A stretch of DNA of 61,417 nt, taken from Candidatus Bathyarchaeia archaeon. GTDB lineage: Archaea > Thermoproteota > Bathyarchaeia > Bathyarchaeales > Bathycorpusculaceae. Both the position numbers and the translations under genes were made by a program. The DNA lies in contig JBEKTQ010000024.1 in the NCBI GenBank assembly GCA_049515895.1, positions 1 through 61,417 of the forward strand, in the 5' to 3' direction. Each line of letters begins with the position of its first letter. Position 1 is the first letter of the stretch. The notes under the pieces are model-generated. The model saw nothing but the letters and a program-made list of their open reading frames with translations, made no database searches and was not told the origin of the DNA. This document shows positions 9,921 through 19,437 of this stretch, piece after piece.

Positions 9921-9990
9921 TATAGATTTTTTCAGATGTTTCTAGATTAATCTAGATCTTTATAGATGTTTTTAGATGTTTCTAGATTAC
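9921..9990. repeat. Seven degenerate 10-bp tandem repeats (consensus about TNTAGATGTT)
   Basis: tatagatttt ttcagatgtt tctagattaa tctagatctt tatagatgtt tttagatgtt tctagattac. Confidence 0.85.
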
Positions 9991-10124
9991 AGTTGCAACC
10001 AATCCAAGCCCCAAATCAAAAAAGCAACTCATTTCACAAAGAACAAATTTGCCGCTATTTCCATGCGCAAAAACTTCTCACAAACTACCTCAAACCAAGC
10101 ATTGAAAGGCTGTAAAGCCGAAAA

Positions 10125-11348
10125 TCAAGCGCGTTTTTTGGTGCTGACTATGCTTATTACGTCTCTGTCTTTGAGGATGGCTTCTTCACCGATTCTTCTT
10201 TTGTCTCTGGCGTCGACTGCGTAGAGGAAGCTTTCTCCCAGTTCCGTGTGGATTATGTATGCGAATTGATGTGCGGTGGTCCCGTTCGGCACAAGGAACG
10301 TGTCAGGCAAAACCCTTGCGTTGTGGTCAGCGAGATGCTCCAAATCTTCCACGGGGTAAACGGTAATCATGTTAAGCAGCTTAAAGTATGCCATGTTCAT
10401 GGCGTCTTGAACACCTGTAGACCCGTTTTTCAACAGCACCTTTTCCCGTATGGCTTCCAAAGCCCTAATTTGTACCTGCGAAAGCTTTTCAGGCTGCTTT
10501 ATTTTGAAGTCGGGGTCACCAGGTTTGTAATCGATTAACCCCTTTTCGGCTGCACGTCTTAACGCAAGTTCAGCCTCCGCGGAACATGGAATAACCATGT
10601 AATCAAGCTTCTTCAACCGCTCCACGTTCGCAGCAGCCGTCGGCAAATCGATCTTGTTCGCTACAATCAGCATAGGCTTCGATATACGTCTCAAATTGTC
10701 GACAAACCGGTAGAAGTCCTCATCGCTCCAAGTTGCAGGTTTGTCGACATTTAGGTTTGCCTTCCTAATGGCTTCAGCCACGCTTTGACGTCTTATGCCT
10801 AAACCAGTCAAACGGTCTTCAAGCGGCGTAGCGATGCCCTTCTTGTCCGCTTCCGCAGTACGCGCGATCTTAGACCAATCTTTCTTAAGTATGGTCACCA
10901 TCCACATCGTTATTTCCCGTTCAAGAAACTGCACGTCTTCCAGCGGGTCATGTTCGCCGGGTTTGCACGATTTTCCCTCGCAGTCCGTTCCGCCGGAAGC
11001 GTCAACAACATGAATAAGCGCATCCGCCCTACGTATCTCATCTAGGAACTGGTTGCCTAAGCCGCGTCCCTCCCAAGCGCCTGGAACAAGACCTGCAATA
11101 TCAATCAATTCTACAGGAACCAGCCGCACGCCCTCGAGACAAAGAGAGTTTCGCGGGTTGTCTTTAACTTTGAATTCTTCATGAACGCATCGGGTGCGAA
11201 CGTAACCGACTCCCCTGTTAGGCTTGATTGTGGTGAACGGGTAATTTGCGATTTCAGCCGCTGCCAAGGTTGCTGCACTGAAAAACGTCGACTTACCCGT
11301 GTTAGGTTTCCCAACTACCCCGAGTAAACGCGAATATGACCGCTGCAT
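10125..11348 (-). CDS. ychF: Archaeal YchF-like Obg-family ATPase/GTPase with TGS domain
   Basis: [27 protein letters not shown]-terminal [11 protein letters not shown] region. Confidence 0.92.
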   Translation of the reverse strand: MQRSYSRLLGVVGKPNTGKSTFFSAATLAAAEIANYPFTTIKPNRGVGYVRTRCVHEEFKVKDNPRNSLCLEGVRLVPVELIDIAGLVPGAWEGRGLGNQFLDEIRRADALIHVVDASGGTDCEGKSCKPGEHDPLEDVQFLEREITMWMVTILKKDWSKIARTAEADKKGIATPLEDRLTGLGIRRQSVAEAIRKANLNVDKPATWSDEDFYRFVDNLRRISKPMLIVANKIDLPTAAANVERLKKLDYMVIPCSAEAELALRRAAEKGLIDYKPGDPDFKIKQPEKLSQVQIRALEAIREKVLLKNGSTGVQDAMNMAYFKLLNMITVYPVEDLEHLADHNARVLPDTFLVPNGTTAHQFAYIIHTELGESFLYAVDARDKRRIGEEAILKDRDVISIVSTKKRA

Positions 11349-11583
11349 GAGTAAAGCTCCTTTAGATAGTGTTGCATTTGATGCGCTATATTACTTACGC
11401 TTACAAAAGAGGGTCTTGCCGAGCAAAAAGGCACGGCATCATGATTCTAAGACACAAAGACGCATGGAAGATCACTTGTCTCCTCAAGCGCTAAAACGCA
11501 GTTGCAACCGTTATTGTAAGCACTCTTAGCGTTGAATACATTTTTAAGTTTAGGCTGTTGAGACTCCTTGGAAGTGGGACGCT

Positions 11584-12129
11584 TTGAAAATTGCCGAAGG
11601 AATCTATCAGGTAGAAGGAGCCAACTGCAACGTTTACCTTGTTGAAGATAATGATAAGCTAATTTTGATTGATACGGGCTTACCTAGAAGCAGCGCGAAA
11701 ATCATAAAGTACATCGAAAGCTTAGGACACAAGCGGAATGATTTGTCAACGATAGTAGTAACTCATTTTCACATCGACCACGTAGGAAGCCTCAAAAAAA
11801 TGAAGACAGAAACTGGAGCCAAAGTAGTAGTACACGAAGCCGACGCCGATTTTGTTTCTGGCAAGAAAGCACCGCCTAAGCCTAAGAATTTGATGTTTAA
11901 GGCGCTTAGCTCTTTTGTTAAGCCAGCTCCTGTGGAGCCGGAAATGGTTCTCAAAGACGGCGACAAAATCGGAAGATTAACCGTAATCCATACTCCCGGT
12001 CACACGGAAGGAAGCATTTCATTGCTGGACAATGAGAAAAAAGTAATGTTTGTCGGGGACGCGCTCATAGATTTGGCAGCGCGCGCTAATGAAGCTTTCA
12101 AAAGACTTACAGGTGATTCTGACGGTTAA
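11584..12129 (+). pseudogene. MBL-fold metallo-hydrolase, apparently truncated at the C-terminus
   Basis: LIDTG, THFHIDHVG, HTPGHT and GDAL are present, but the final His (GHG) motif is absent; sequence becomes atypical near the GCGCGCGC run at 12079. Confidence 0.65.
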
Positions 12130-12213
12130 GAGCTTAATCTGTTATATGGCAGGGAAGCATTCAAAAATGAGAAACATGGAGAAGGAGTAGTCGTCGCGAA
12201 GGGAGAACCGGGT

Positions 12214-13077
12214 ATGATAAGGATTGTTGTACGTAGGTTCGGCGATATTAAGGAGAGATTTGTTGAGAAAGTTTTGGAAATCTTGAATGACTGCTATAAC
12301 CGTCTTGGTACTCATCCTGTAGATATTGTGGAAGTCTACATTTTTGAAAAGTCTTCTTCTATGAATGCGTTTATGAACTACGAGAAGAGAAAACTCGGAA
12401 TTGAGACGTCGGCTTTTGAAGAATCATTCTTAGCTGTTCATGACGCTTGGCAGGGAACACCCAGAATAATGGTAGCTCATGATAAGATGATACACGTACC
12501 AAAGTTGGTTGGAATAGGTGCTTTGCGCCATGAAGCAGCTCACACAGCGCTTCACGGCTCTCTTGAATACTACTCATTTTCCACACCAATGTTCTTAATT
12601 GAACTTGAAAGGAACCGCGTTGTTTCGAGACAGGTGATAAGAGACCTTGTCTATTTGGCCTCTATAGCGGTAAAAGATTATGAAGTTACGCGCCTTCTCT
12701 ATGAAAAAGGGTACGCGATAGATCAGGTGGCCTACAATGAATACTACCTGAAGCCATCTGAAGAGGAGCTTGAAGCATGGAAACTATCTGAGAAAAATAA
12801 GACTGCTATACTTCTTTTTCTAGTCTCCGCTCTAAAGACAGCTTGTTGCGCCACTCCTTTACTAAAAGATGAAAGATACGGTGAAGAAATTCTTAAAACC
12901 ATAACTGGAAGTATGAATTTTTTACCTCAAGAATTGTCTGCTCGACTCTTGAAAACACTTGAAGCAGCATCCAAGTTTGGTAGGAACACCCACGAAAATG
13001 TAGATCGGTTTATGAAGGAGATTATTGACGAATTGGTTATCAAGGGAAAATGCCTTGACACTAAAGAGAATCGATAG
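12214..13077 (+). CDS. Hypothetical protein with zincin-like HExxH motif
   Basis: LRHEAAHTALHG; 287-aa ORF. Confidence 0.75.
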   Translation: MIRIVVRRFGDIKERFVEKVLEILNDCYNRLGTHPVDIVEVYIFEKSSSMNAFMNYEKRKLGIETSAFEESFLAVHDAWQGTPRIMVAHDKMIHVPKLVGIGALRHEAAHTALHGSLEYYSFSTPMFLIELERNRVVSRQVIRDLVYLASIAVKDYEVTRLLYEKGYAIDQVAYNEYYLKPSEEELEAWKLSEKNKTAILLFLVSALKTACCATPLLKDERYGEEILKTITGSMNFLPQELSARLLKTLEAASKFGRNTHENVDRFMKEIIDELVIKGKCLDTKENR

Positions 13078-13229
13078 CGCGCGCAAAGACGAAGCCCAAG
13101 ATATAACTGTATTCCGATGCGATTGGAGGCTGACAACGCGTGTATGAGCTTAATCGACAAGCATTCGAGTACAGGAGATTATAGTTACCGTTAAATGTTA
13201 AGCAATTTCACTATTAGTGGTGGTCACCG

Positions 13230-14039
13230 ATGCACTCTAAGAATGATATGGGTAAACAGTATCATATCTGCTGCGGTCAAGGGGATTTGGAGGAAACTCT
13301 GCTTGTACCAGGAGACCCAGATCGGATTCCGAAAATTGCCAGGTTCTGGGATTCCTCGACCGAAGTAGCGAGCAACCGCGAGTTTCGCAGCATCAGAGGC
13401 GTTTATCATGGTCTACGCATTTCGGCGCTTTCGAGTGGAATTGGCCCCGCTTGTATGTCCATAGTTGTCAATGAGGCTTCAAGGATAGGCGTGAAGAATT
13501 TTATTAGGGTGGGCAGCAGCGGCACCTTGCAACCAAACATAGCTTGTGGCGATGTAGTCATTTCTTCTGCAGCCGTACGCTTAGACGCTACAAGCGACTG
13601 CTACGTTGTTCCTGAGTATCCGGCTGTCGCTCACTATGAAGTGCTTTTAGCACTTGTCGAAGCGGCCGAGCAATTGGGCATTTGTAATTATCATGTGGGC
13701 GTTACCGCGACCACGACTGATTTCTATGCAGGGCAAAACCGCCCCATAAGAAAAGGAATTTCTATTGGTGAAAATCTGGTTCCTACTCTTCAGAAGGCGG
13801 GAGTTTTGAACGTTGAGATGGAGGCTGCTACACTGTTTACGTTGGCAAGTCTTTTTGGTCTGAGGGCAGGCGCTGTATTGGCGATCTACAATAGCCATGT
13901 TACAGGCGAGTTCAAGCCGCATGCTGGGGAAGAAAACGCTATCAAGATCGCCAACGAGGCTGCTCGAATATTGAGTGAGTGGGATGCTGCGAAAACGAAA
14001 ACTGGGAAACCCTACCTTTTCCCTTCGATGCTAAAATAA
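13230..14039 (+). CDS. udp: Uridine phosphorylase-family nucleoside phosphorylase
   Basis: LVPGDPDRI, NREF, GIGP, FIRVGSSG, FYAGQNR, NVEMEAA. Confidence 0.88.
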   Translation: MHSKNDMGKQYHICCGQGDLEETLLVPGDPDRIPKIARFWDSSTEVASNREFRSIRGVYHGLRISALSSGIGPACMSIVVNEASRIGVKNFIRVGSSGTLQPNIACGDVVISSAAVRLDATSDCYVVPEYPAVAHYEVLLALVEAAEQLGICNYHVGVTATTTDFYAGQNRPIRKGISIGENLVPTLQKAGVLNVEMEAATLFTLASLFGLRAGAVLAIYNSHVTGEFKPHAGEENAIKIANEAARILSEWDAAKTKTGKPYLFPSMLK

Positions 14040-14042
14040 CTG

Positions 14043-14063
14043 ATGGTAAGAAGTGCTTACCAT
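14043..14063. terminator. Inverted repeat between convergent genes
   Basis: ATGGTAAG-aagtg-CTTACCAT immediately after the udp stop. Confidence 0.4.
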
Positions 14064-14157
14064 TAAACCTTGGTTGATAAGCGCACGCCCGCTGTTAAAA
14101 AGGAAATAAATACTCTTTTTGACATTTTTCTGAACAGCCGTGGGCACTTGCAAACGG

Positions 14158-15168
14158 CTAACTCATGATTTGTTCGATTCTTTGAATGCGTTTCGCTACC
14201 GATGGGTGAGTCCCTGATTTTCTGTCAGCAGGTACAAGATTTAGCGCCACCAGTTTTTGAAGGGCGCTCACCATAGGTTTTCCCTCTCCAAGTGTCCTCA
14301 CAGCAATCTCATCTGCTTCAAGCTCGAATTTCCGTTGAAGACGCAAAACAAGTTGAGGACTCAAGAACAGCGCAACAAAACCTGCGAGAATAGATATCAG
14401 CGGCCAAATGGAAGTTTGACCTAAAGTAGCTGCTACAACGAAGAGATCTATCCCAATAATGGAAGTGAGCAAAAGAAGACCGCTAATTTTCATCACGTGC
14501 TTTCGTTTCGCATGAGCAAGTTCGTGTGCCATCACGGCGTTCACTTCTTCCTTGCTCATGTTCTCTAAGAGATAATTTGAAATGAAGACTGAAAACTTGC
14601 TCGGTCCCGCTTGGAAGGCGTTAGCTATCTTGAACTTCTTCCAGTCTATTGAGTAGAGGTCGACATGGGAAATACTCATTTTGTTTGCAAGTCCAGAAAA
14701 AGATGAAAGGATTGATTCATCGGTTATTGGAACCGCTCTTTGTCCAAGCCTTAAAGCAACTGGAACCCTCGCGAAGAACAAGAAAGTGATTAGAAGCAAA
14801 CCATCGGCGTAGATCGCCGTCAGAATGCCAAACTTGGGTAGCATGTATTTGAAACCGAGCAGAGCGATACCTGGGACAAGCGCCATCAAGTAAAACGGAA
14901 AATTTAGTACCAAATAGTCCTTTTGAGTTGCAGTTACATGCTTGTACCTTCGGTCAATTCTGCATTGGGCGAAGGACAAAAGGAACACTCCCACAGAAGC
15001 TATGAGTATGCTCAGCGAAATCGCAACGATGGGCGCTTGGAATAGCACGACCTCTGGAAACCAAGAAAAAATCAGGAACAAGCCCAAGAAGAAATTTACA
15101 AAACTAATCTTTTTAGTGTACTCTTTGGGCTGTGGCCGCGACTCCGCTGTTCTAACCTGACCATTCAT
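14158..15168 (-). CDS. M48 (HtpX/Ste24-like) membrane zinc metallopeptidase
   Basis: ANAF, AVMAHELAH, ELEADE, THPSVAKRI; multiple TM segments. Confidence 0.9.
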   Translation of the reverse strand: MNGQVRTAESRPQPKEYTKKISFVNFFLGLFLIFSWFPEVVLFQAPIVAISLSILIASVGVFLLSFAQCRIDRRYKHVTATQKDYLVLNFPFYLMALVPGIALLGFKYMLPKFGILTAIYADGLLLITFLFFARVPVALRLGQRAVPITDESILSSFSGLANKMSISHVDLYSIDWKKFKIANAFQAGPSKFSVFISNYLLENMSKEEVNAVMAHELAHAKRKHVMKISGLLLLTSIIGIDLFVVAATLGQTSIWPLISILAGFVALFLSPQLVLRLQRKFELEADEIAVRTLGEGKPMVSALQKLVALNLVPADRKSGTHPSVAKRIQRIEQIMS

Positions 15169-15304
15169 GACTTAAGAGATGTCCGCACTTCGTTATTGGG
15201 TTTTTCTCTATTATTGCACTCTCGCCCCTTGTCGCCTTCTAAGTCTGAAACCTCTACTTCAGCCAAATCGGATAATCAAGGCAGGAAGCAAATTGTGTGT
15301 CAAG

Positions 15305-16195
15305 CTAGCGCCATATGCGCCGAGTAAGGATTAAAACTGCGATAGCGATTGTGAAGGCTCCAAGTGCAATGAAGAACAGCCCTGGCAGGTACTCTAAGAG
15401 CGATGGGAGAGAGCCTCCAGCTGCCTGAGGCGACTGCGTTAGGGAGAATAAATCCAAGATTGCCGGAGCATTCGAGCCTGCCAGAAAGTAATATTGACCT
15501 TGAGCCAGGCTCAGAGAAACGCTTCCAGTCTGGAGATCGTATTGACTCAGCCAAGACGGCGGCGTCCCAGAGAAATTCTCCAGTGTTGACGGTACCTGGC
15601 CGTCTGTAGCGTGTTGAAGAAGCAAAGCATCATGTTGCGTTGAATTCATGACATAGATGTATACGGGACTTGAGGCGCTCCAAGCGATGTTTAACGGTGA
15701 GGCACCTGACGGGACATTCCAGGATGTGAGCAATACCGTTGTGTTTTTTGGTATAGTCTGATTTAATATGGATACGTGCATGCTGTTGACTGTTGTCATC
15801 GTGGCAGGAAAAGATGCCAAAAGAAAAAGACCGGCGGAGATTAGAAGAATACCCGCGAGTATCAGCACTACAGCCACCGCAATTTTCAATGCCGAGTGCT
15901 GCTTCTTCTCCGCCTGTATTCTCTCGGGAAAGGTCCGGAGCAAATTGACGGCTAGCTGTCCTTTCTCGGTGAGGCGATACTTTCCTTGGTCATCCTTCGA
16001 TACAAGACCCTTCAGAGCCTTCAGATGGTAGTTGAGTCTGCCCGTGTTTGTTATTTGTAAGAGAGCCATTATTTCCGTGTAGCCGATTGCTTCTTTCTCT
16101 GCTAGCAACTCCAGTATGCTTCTCCTTGTAGTATCGCTGAGAATCTTGTGCAGGGATGACCAGTCCACTTCTTCCATGATTTCCTTTTTGTTCAT
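15305..16195 (-). CDS. Membrane-anchored ArsR-like wHTH transcription factor with extracellular domain
   Basis: LSDTTRRSILELL, TGRLNYHLKAL, YRLTEKG, then TM, about 140-aa S/T-rich domain, TM. Confidence 0.85.
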   Translation of the reverse strand: MNKKEIMEEVDWSSLHKILSDTTRRSILELLAEKEAIGYTEIMALLQITNTGRLNYHLKALKGLVSKDDQGKYRLTEKGQLAVNLLRTFPERIQAEKKQHSALKIAVAVVLILAGILLISAGLFLLASFPATMTTVNSMHVSILNQTIPKNTTVLLTSWNVPSGASPLNIAWSASSPVYIYVMNSTQHDALLLQHATDGQVPSTLENFSGTPPSWLSQYDLQTGSVSLSLAQGQYYFLAGSNAPAILDLFSLTQSPQAAGGSLPSLLEYLPGLFFIALGAFTIAIAVLILTRRIWR

Positions 16196-16214
16196 CAGTT
16201 GAATTTTAATGTTT

Positions 16215-16245
16215 TTGATAAGAGAGGTTATCTCCTACTTATCAA
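16215..16245. promoter_or_regulatory. Inverted repeat upstream of the membrane transcription factor (possible operator)
   Basis: TTGATAAG...CTTATCAA with an inner GAGA/TCTC pair. Confidence 0.4.
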
Positions 16246-16360
16246 GCGCGCGCGCCGCGTTTCTCGTTGGGTCGATGTACTTCTATTCTTCGTAAGCAGG
16301 TCCACATTCCGCAGGGAAGAGATACTGCAAAATGGAAGTAAATGCTAATCTGAAAGCTGA

Positions 16361-16891
16361 GCGCGCGCGACCATAGGATACGAGCCTATCTACGGGAATT
16401 TTAGTTTCCCTCAAGTTTCTCAGCACACGCTGTCTGGCAGGGACATCGTGACTGCTACCAAAGTTTCCGACGTTACGTTGCAAGTAACACCAGTTAATGA
16501 AATGGCATATATTTCTATAGCATCATACAACTCGTCAAGCACGAACATAGCCTCATTAACCAATGCGGAAATTACCGGACCCACAGACTTCAACGTTCCA
16601 GCAGGAACAACAAACGCAGTAGTGTAGGCCGCAGAAAGCACATACAGCGAGACCTCCTCTTCCGTAGTAATGATGACGCCTACGCCTACATCACCACCGT
16701 CTCCTTCACCGGTGTCGCCGTCTCCTTCGCTCAGTCCAACGTCATTTCAAAATCCAGCTGCTTCCCCTTCCCCGTCCCCCACAGTTCCCGAATTTCCTAA
16801 CCCAATGCTAGCAGTTACGTTAGCTATCTCTATGATCATGGTCTGGTCTTCAGTTATCATTGCACAGAAGAGAATGACCTCAAAACTTTAG
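16361..16891 (+). pseudogene. Remnant of a PEF-CTERM surface protein (no N-terminus, internal TAG)
   Basis: Frame open from GCG CGC GCG at 16361, in-frame TAG at 16625, then P/S/T linker, TVPEF, TM and basic tail. Confidence 0.7.
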
Positions 16892-17014
16892 CTTTAGATC
16901 TTACTTATTTCTTCTTTACAGAACTGCTTTGAAGCGTAACATAGTTTTTCTAAATGTAAGAGTTCTGAAAGTAAGTGTGTGTGTGTGGGTATTAAATTTT
17001 AGTCCAACTAGCAC

Positions 17015-17251
17015 TCAGAAAACGATTTTTCTAAGTCTGTCGTAGGATGAGAGGTAATCTCGTCCTTTCGTTGTGATGAGATATTTGCCGTTGTTTTGCA
17101 TAATCATGCTTCGCTGCGTGAGAATTGTCAAATAGGATTCTGCTTGCACATCGTTCAAACCTAACCTGTTCATAATTCTTCCCTTATCTTTTGATGTTTC
17201 GCAGAAGCGGATAATATGAGACACAATTCCTAATCTACCACTAAAAACCAT
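17015..17251 (-). CDS. Small winged-helix protein (archaeal HTH_45/ArnR1-like)
   Basis: RLGIVSHII...RIM..LGLN...YL..L...KYLITTKGRDYL. Confidence 0.75.
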   Translation of the reverse strand: MVFSGRLGIVSHIIRFCETSKDKGRIMNRLGLNDVQAESYLTILTQRSMIMQNNGKYLITTKGRDYLSSYDRLRKIVF

Positions 17252-17322
17252 TTAGTTCACAAGGTATTGTCGGTTGGGTAACAATTAAGCGTGTGTGACT
17301 GTTGAACAACTGTAACAAGTGA

Positions 17323-17345
17323 CCGTATACTCGATTCCGACTATA
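17323..17345. repeat. 23-bp quasi-palindromic site, copy 1
   Basis: CCGTATACTCGATTCCGACTATA; 21/23 identical to 19312..19334. Confidence 0.75.
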
Positions 17346-17615
17346 CCCATACCCTATTATTGGCTTGTTTTTCCATTACTAAGCGCGCAGTTAACCCGAA
17401 GATGCAGAACTGTCACTATCCAGAATACGAGTGCTTCATAGCTAAAAAAAGCAATGGGTATAAGCGTAAGAGCAGTGAGTGTAAACATGAGAAAAGAGGT
17501 AGATGAAAAAGCAACAGAGAAAAAACTGAATAACGTTTTATGTCCAAGGTGTCCTTATTGTGGTAGCACTCGCCTTGAAGAAGTAATAATATGAAAAACA
17601 TTGGAAAATTTGAAC

Positions 17616-17807
17616 ATGTCCGAATATGATAGAAGCCCACGTAGTAAATGGGGAGGAAATCAACCTTACGAGTGCCTTCGGTGCGGAGCAACCACGACGG
17701 GCGAAAACATAGAGGAAAGAAACGGCGAAATCAAATGTATCGTATGCGGATACAGAGTTTTAAAAAAAACTAAACCGCCAGTAGTAAAGAAAGTTCCCGC
17801 AACATGA
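17616..17807 (+). CDS. rpoP: RNA polymerase subunit P (Rpo12)-like zinc ribbon
   Basis: YECLRCG...IKCIVCGYRVLKKTKPPVVKKV. Confidence 0.85.
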   Translation: MSEYDRSPRSKWGGNQPYECLRCGATTTGENIEERNGEIKCIVCGYRVLKKTKPPVVKKVPAT

Positions 17808-18021
17808 CATAAGAACTCTGCATCAAAATTGTTTCTTTTTTAAGCCAATATAGCTCCCGCCACTTCTATCTACAGTCTAAATATCGAGACTAAAATTATG
17901 TTTACTTTAACAGTATCCTGAAAAGCTTGATGATTTGTTACCCGTAGTATTTTGCGTGCGCGCTTATGAGGGAAGATTTTAATGCACACTTAACTAAACG
18001 AGTATATAGGGTTGGGTTGAT

Positions 18022-18258
18022 ATGCCAGCTGCCTTTGTTTTAATGAATACCAAGATAGGTTCGGAATCTGACGTGCTGAAAGAACTGAAAAAGGTCGAGG
18101 GTGTTGAGGAAGTTCAGCCGTTTATGGAGTCTACGGCATAGTTGCAAGAGTCAAAGCAGAAACTACGGATAAATTAAAAGAAATAGTAGCGTGGCGGGTT
18201 CGACGACTAGATAATGTTACGTTCAACGCTAACAATGATTATCGTTGGAGAAAAATAA
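18022..18258 (+). pseudogene. Lrp/AsnC ligand-binding domain gene with two frameshifts
   Basis: MPAAFVLMNTKIGSESDVLKELKKVEGVEE / VYGVYGIVARVKAETTDKLKEIVAWRVRRLDNV / RSTLTMIIVGEK* with two frame changes. Confidence 0.85.
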
Positions 18259-18583
18259 CATCATTTAAACTCCCTTTCTTTTATAATAGCTCAAAGAATT
18301 GGCGACTACTGCTAATTTACTTCCAGCCTAGCTGAGATTAGCCGACATAGAGAAAGTTAATGGCTTGAGTATTTTTAAGAGGGGAAATGACTATGGGCGA
18401 ATGCCACACAACCCCTAACCATCCTATAATCAAACGATACGGCATAAAAGATTTTTCTATAATTCGGTACGAACTTCATAAGGGTAGAATAGTTCTTTTA
18501 TTACTCGTAGTATTTAGCCAAGTTTTCATAAAGACAAGTCTTAAATCTACAAGTGACAGAATAAAATTATTCAGGGTTTTACA

Positions 18584-18934
18584 TTGGACAAACAAGAAGT
18601 TGATATTCACGCTTTAGAAAAGACTTACGTGCTTGTTGTAAGAGTGGTTAATTTTCAAGGAAATAATCCCCTCGAGAATGTTAACGTTAAAGTTTTCAGA
18701 TTGGAAACGGAACCAATAACGCTCAAACAATGGGCTGAAAATCTCAAAAATGGAACTCCATTTAACAGGTTGATGCTCTCGATGAATACCGATAATGATG
18801 GGAACGTAACTGCTGAGCTTACAAAGGGCGTCTATGAAGCTGAAGTCGAAAAATACGGTTTAGATAAGGTTTGTGAATTAACGCAAAATGACAGGGTTCT
18901 CTTTATTGAACCGAAAAAGCATTGGTGGCAATAG
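18584..18934 (+). CDS. Hypothetical protein, carboxypeptidase-regulatory/prealbumin-like fold
   Basis: VVNFQGNNPLENVNVKV...TDNDGNV...LTKGVYEAEVEKYG. Confidence 0.6.
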   Translation: MDKQEVDIHALEKTYVLVVRVVNFQGNNPLENVNVKVFRLETEPITLKQWAENLKNGTPFNRLMLSMNTDNDGNVTAELTKGVYEAEVEKYGLDKVCELTQNDRVLFIEPKKHWWQ

Positions 18935-19044
18935 TCTTAAATCTGCATAGCGTAGAATTAGCCTGAAAATGGTTGAAAAACATACTTTATAATAAATATA
19001 AAATCGAAATCCTTACTGGTCTGATTAGGGCTGGAGGTGAAAAA

Positions 19045-19275
19045 ATGAGTGAAAATAACGACGTCTTAAACCAATTAAAATCTAAGAACATACGTATAGA
19101 AGCTTACAAGCAAATAATCAGGAGAAGAATTGAAGCAAAATTTGGTTATGAATTGCCCCTTTCACAAGAAGCATATTTGTTTGAAGACAAAACTAAAATA
19201 ATTAACGTGGTTAATGTTCTTTTTGAGGCTTTAGTCGAAGCTGTAGAGGATACAAATCTAACCAACAAGGACTAA
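19045..19275 (+). CDS. Small hypothetical protein
   Basis: Strong SD GGAGGTGA before ATG 19045. Confidence 0.65.
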   Translation: MSENNDVLNQLKSKNIRIEAYKQIIRRRIEAKFGYELPLSQEAYLFEDKTKIINVVNVLFEALVEAVEDTNLTNKD

Positions 19276-19311
19276 GTATGAAATTTTGACCAGCAATTAT
19301 GCAACTTGAGC

Positions 19312-19334
19312 CCGTATACTCGTTTTCGACTATA
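19312..19334. repeat. 23-bp quasi-palindromic site, copy 2
   Basis: CCGTATACTCGTTTTCGACTATA. Confidence 0.75.
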
Positions 19335-19344
19335 ATTTATTGCT

Positions 19345-19437
19345 TGAGGGGTATCTTTTCTCATATTTTTTACCCCTCATAGTATTATTTTTGTTCAATT
19401 TTGCAGGGGGTAATTTTTTTTGTACTTTTTACCCCCT
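19345..19437. promoter_or_regulatory. Two tandem GGGGTA-N17-TACCCC inverted repeats
   Basis: TGAGGGGTA-17-TACCCCTCA (19345-19379) and AGGGGGTA-17-TACCCCCT (19405-19437). Confidence 0.6.

Noticed and set aside
9921-9990. Possible CRISPR array
   Set aside because: 10-bp units with no spacers and no cas genes.
16625-16627. In-frame TAG as pyrrolysine or recoding
   Set aside because: The gene also lacks its N-terminus, TAG is used as a normal stop elsewhere in the window, and no pyl genes are visible.
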